From the IMG/VR virus record IMGVR_UViG_3300021255_002539, positions 1 to 64,000 of that record: DNA of 64,000 bases, one strand, 5' to 3'. Source of the DNA: a virus (lineage: Duplodnaviria; Caudoviricetes). Below, piece by piece: positions 63,491 to 64,000 of the stretch; position 1 is the stretch's first letter, and each line of letters starts with the position of its first letter. The notes below the pieces were generated by a model. It saw nothing but the letters and a program-made list of their open reading frames with translations. It was not told where the DNA came from and did no database searches. Both the position numbers and the translations under genes were made by a program.

Positions 63491-64000
63491 TCAAGCAACC
63501 TCCGTTCCTTGTTCTGCCCTGCCCATCCCTGTCGCATCGTGCTTTGTCACCATGCTCACATAGCTCTCCACGGGGGTTGGCTTCGCCGACGGGGAGTTCG
63601 TCATCCTCTGTATCAGACCACCCAGTTCCCCAATTCCACTTCCAGTGAGACCGAGTACCTTGGACGCCAGTTCGCCAACACCACCCATCGAGGACGATAT
63701 CGTGTTGGACGCGCCAGCAAGGGCAGACGCCATGGTTAATGTGTTCTGCACCTCGTTCTTCGCCTACGTTGTCTGAGCCATCTGTTGTTGTATCTGTTGT
63801 TGTGTTGGTTGCCCACCATCGAACCTGCCCAGAATGCCACCCATGATGTTCCCAGCCTGTCCAACTACATCACCAACCTTCGTGAATGCCGAAGACAGGG
63901 TCTTGTCGAATATGCCACCCAATGCAGTGGAGTTTCCAGTAGCACCACCACCCTGTGGGGACAATGCGTTTGTCACAGTTCCAAATGCCGTCTATACCCC
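63491..64000 (-). CDS. 3' part of a Gly/Ser/Gln-rich late protein (starts beyond window), 2 TAG=Gln
   Basis: 63764-63976 and 63491-63751 are in frame via TAG; frame stays open to the window edge. Confidence 0.65.

Overview
The window looks like a 64-kb segment of a large (jumbo-type, T4-like/myovirus) bacteriophage genome. Genes are dense and mostly on the minus strand. They include gp25 and gp4 homologues, RNA ligase, a Cas4-like nuclease, an N6-methyltransferase, LemA, a radical SAM enzyme, one tRNA-Arg and two promoter classes. The supplied standard-code ORF track is misleading, because TAG is read as a sense codon (almost certainly Gln, genetic code 15). Re-reading TAG as Gln joins dozens of fragments into clean genes. 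These include a ~3450-aa virion/adhesin-like protein, ~1484-aa and ~1065-aa structural proteins, an intact TnpB-like RuvC nuclease, and a 7-gene glycan-synthesis island (GT-A+TagF-like, GT+GT2, GT32-like, Ugd, GT-A+Stealth-like). In-frame TAGs occur only in genes behind a GTAAATA late-type promoter motif and in the TnpB. Genes behind sigma70-type promoters have none, and two of them appear to use TAG as a stop, which suggests a temporally switched code. The best candidate for an undescribed system is the late-expressed, recoded, capsule-polymerase-like glycan island next to the giant fibre gene. Other oddities are a thioredoxin-FTR fusion, a structured RNA candidate, two parS-like palindromes and two expanded paralog families. 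All product calls come from motif recognition by eye; no database searches were run.
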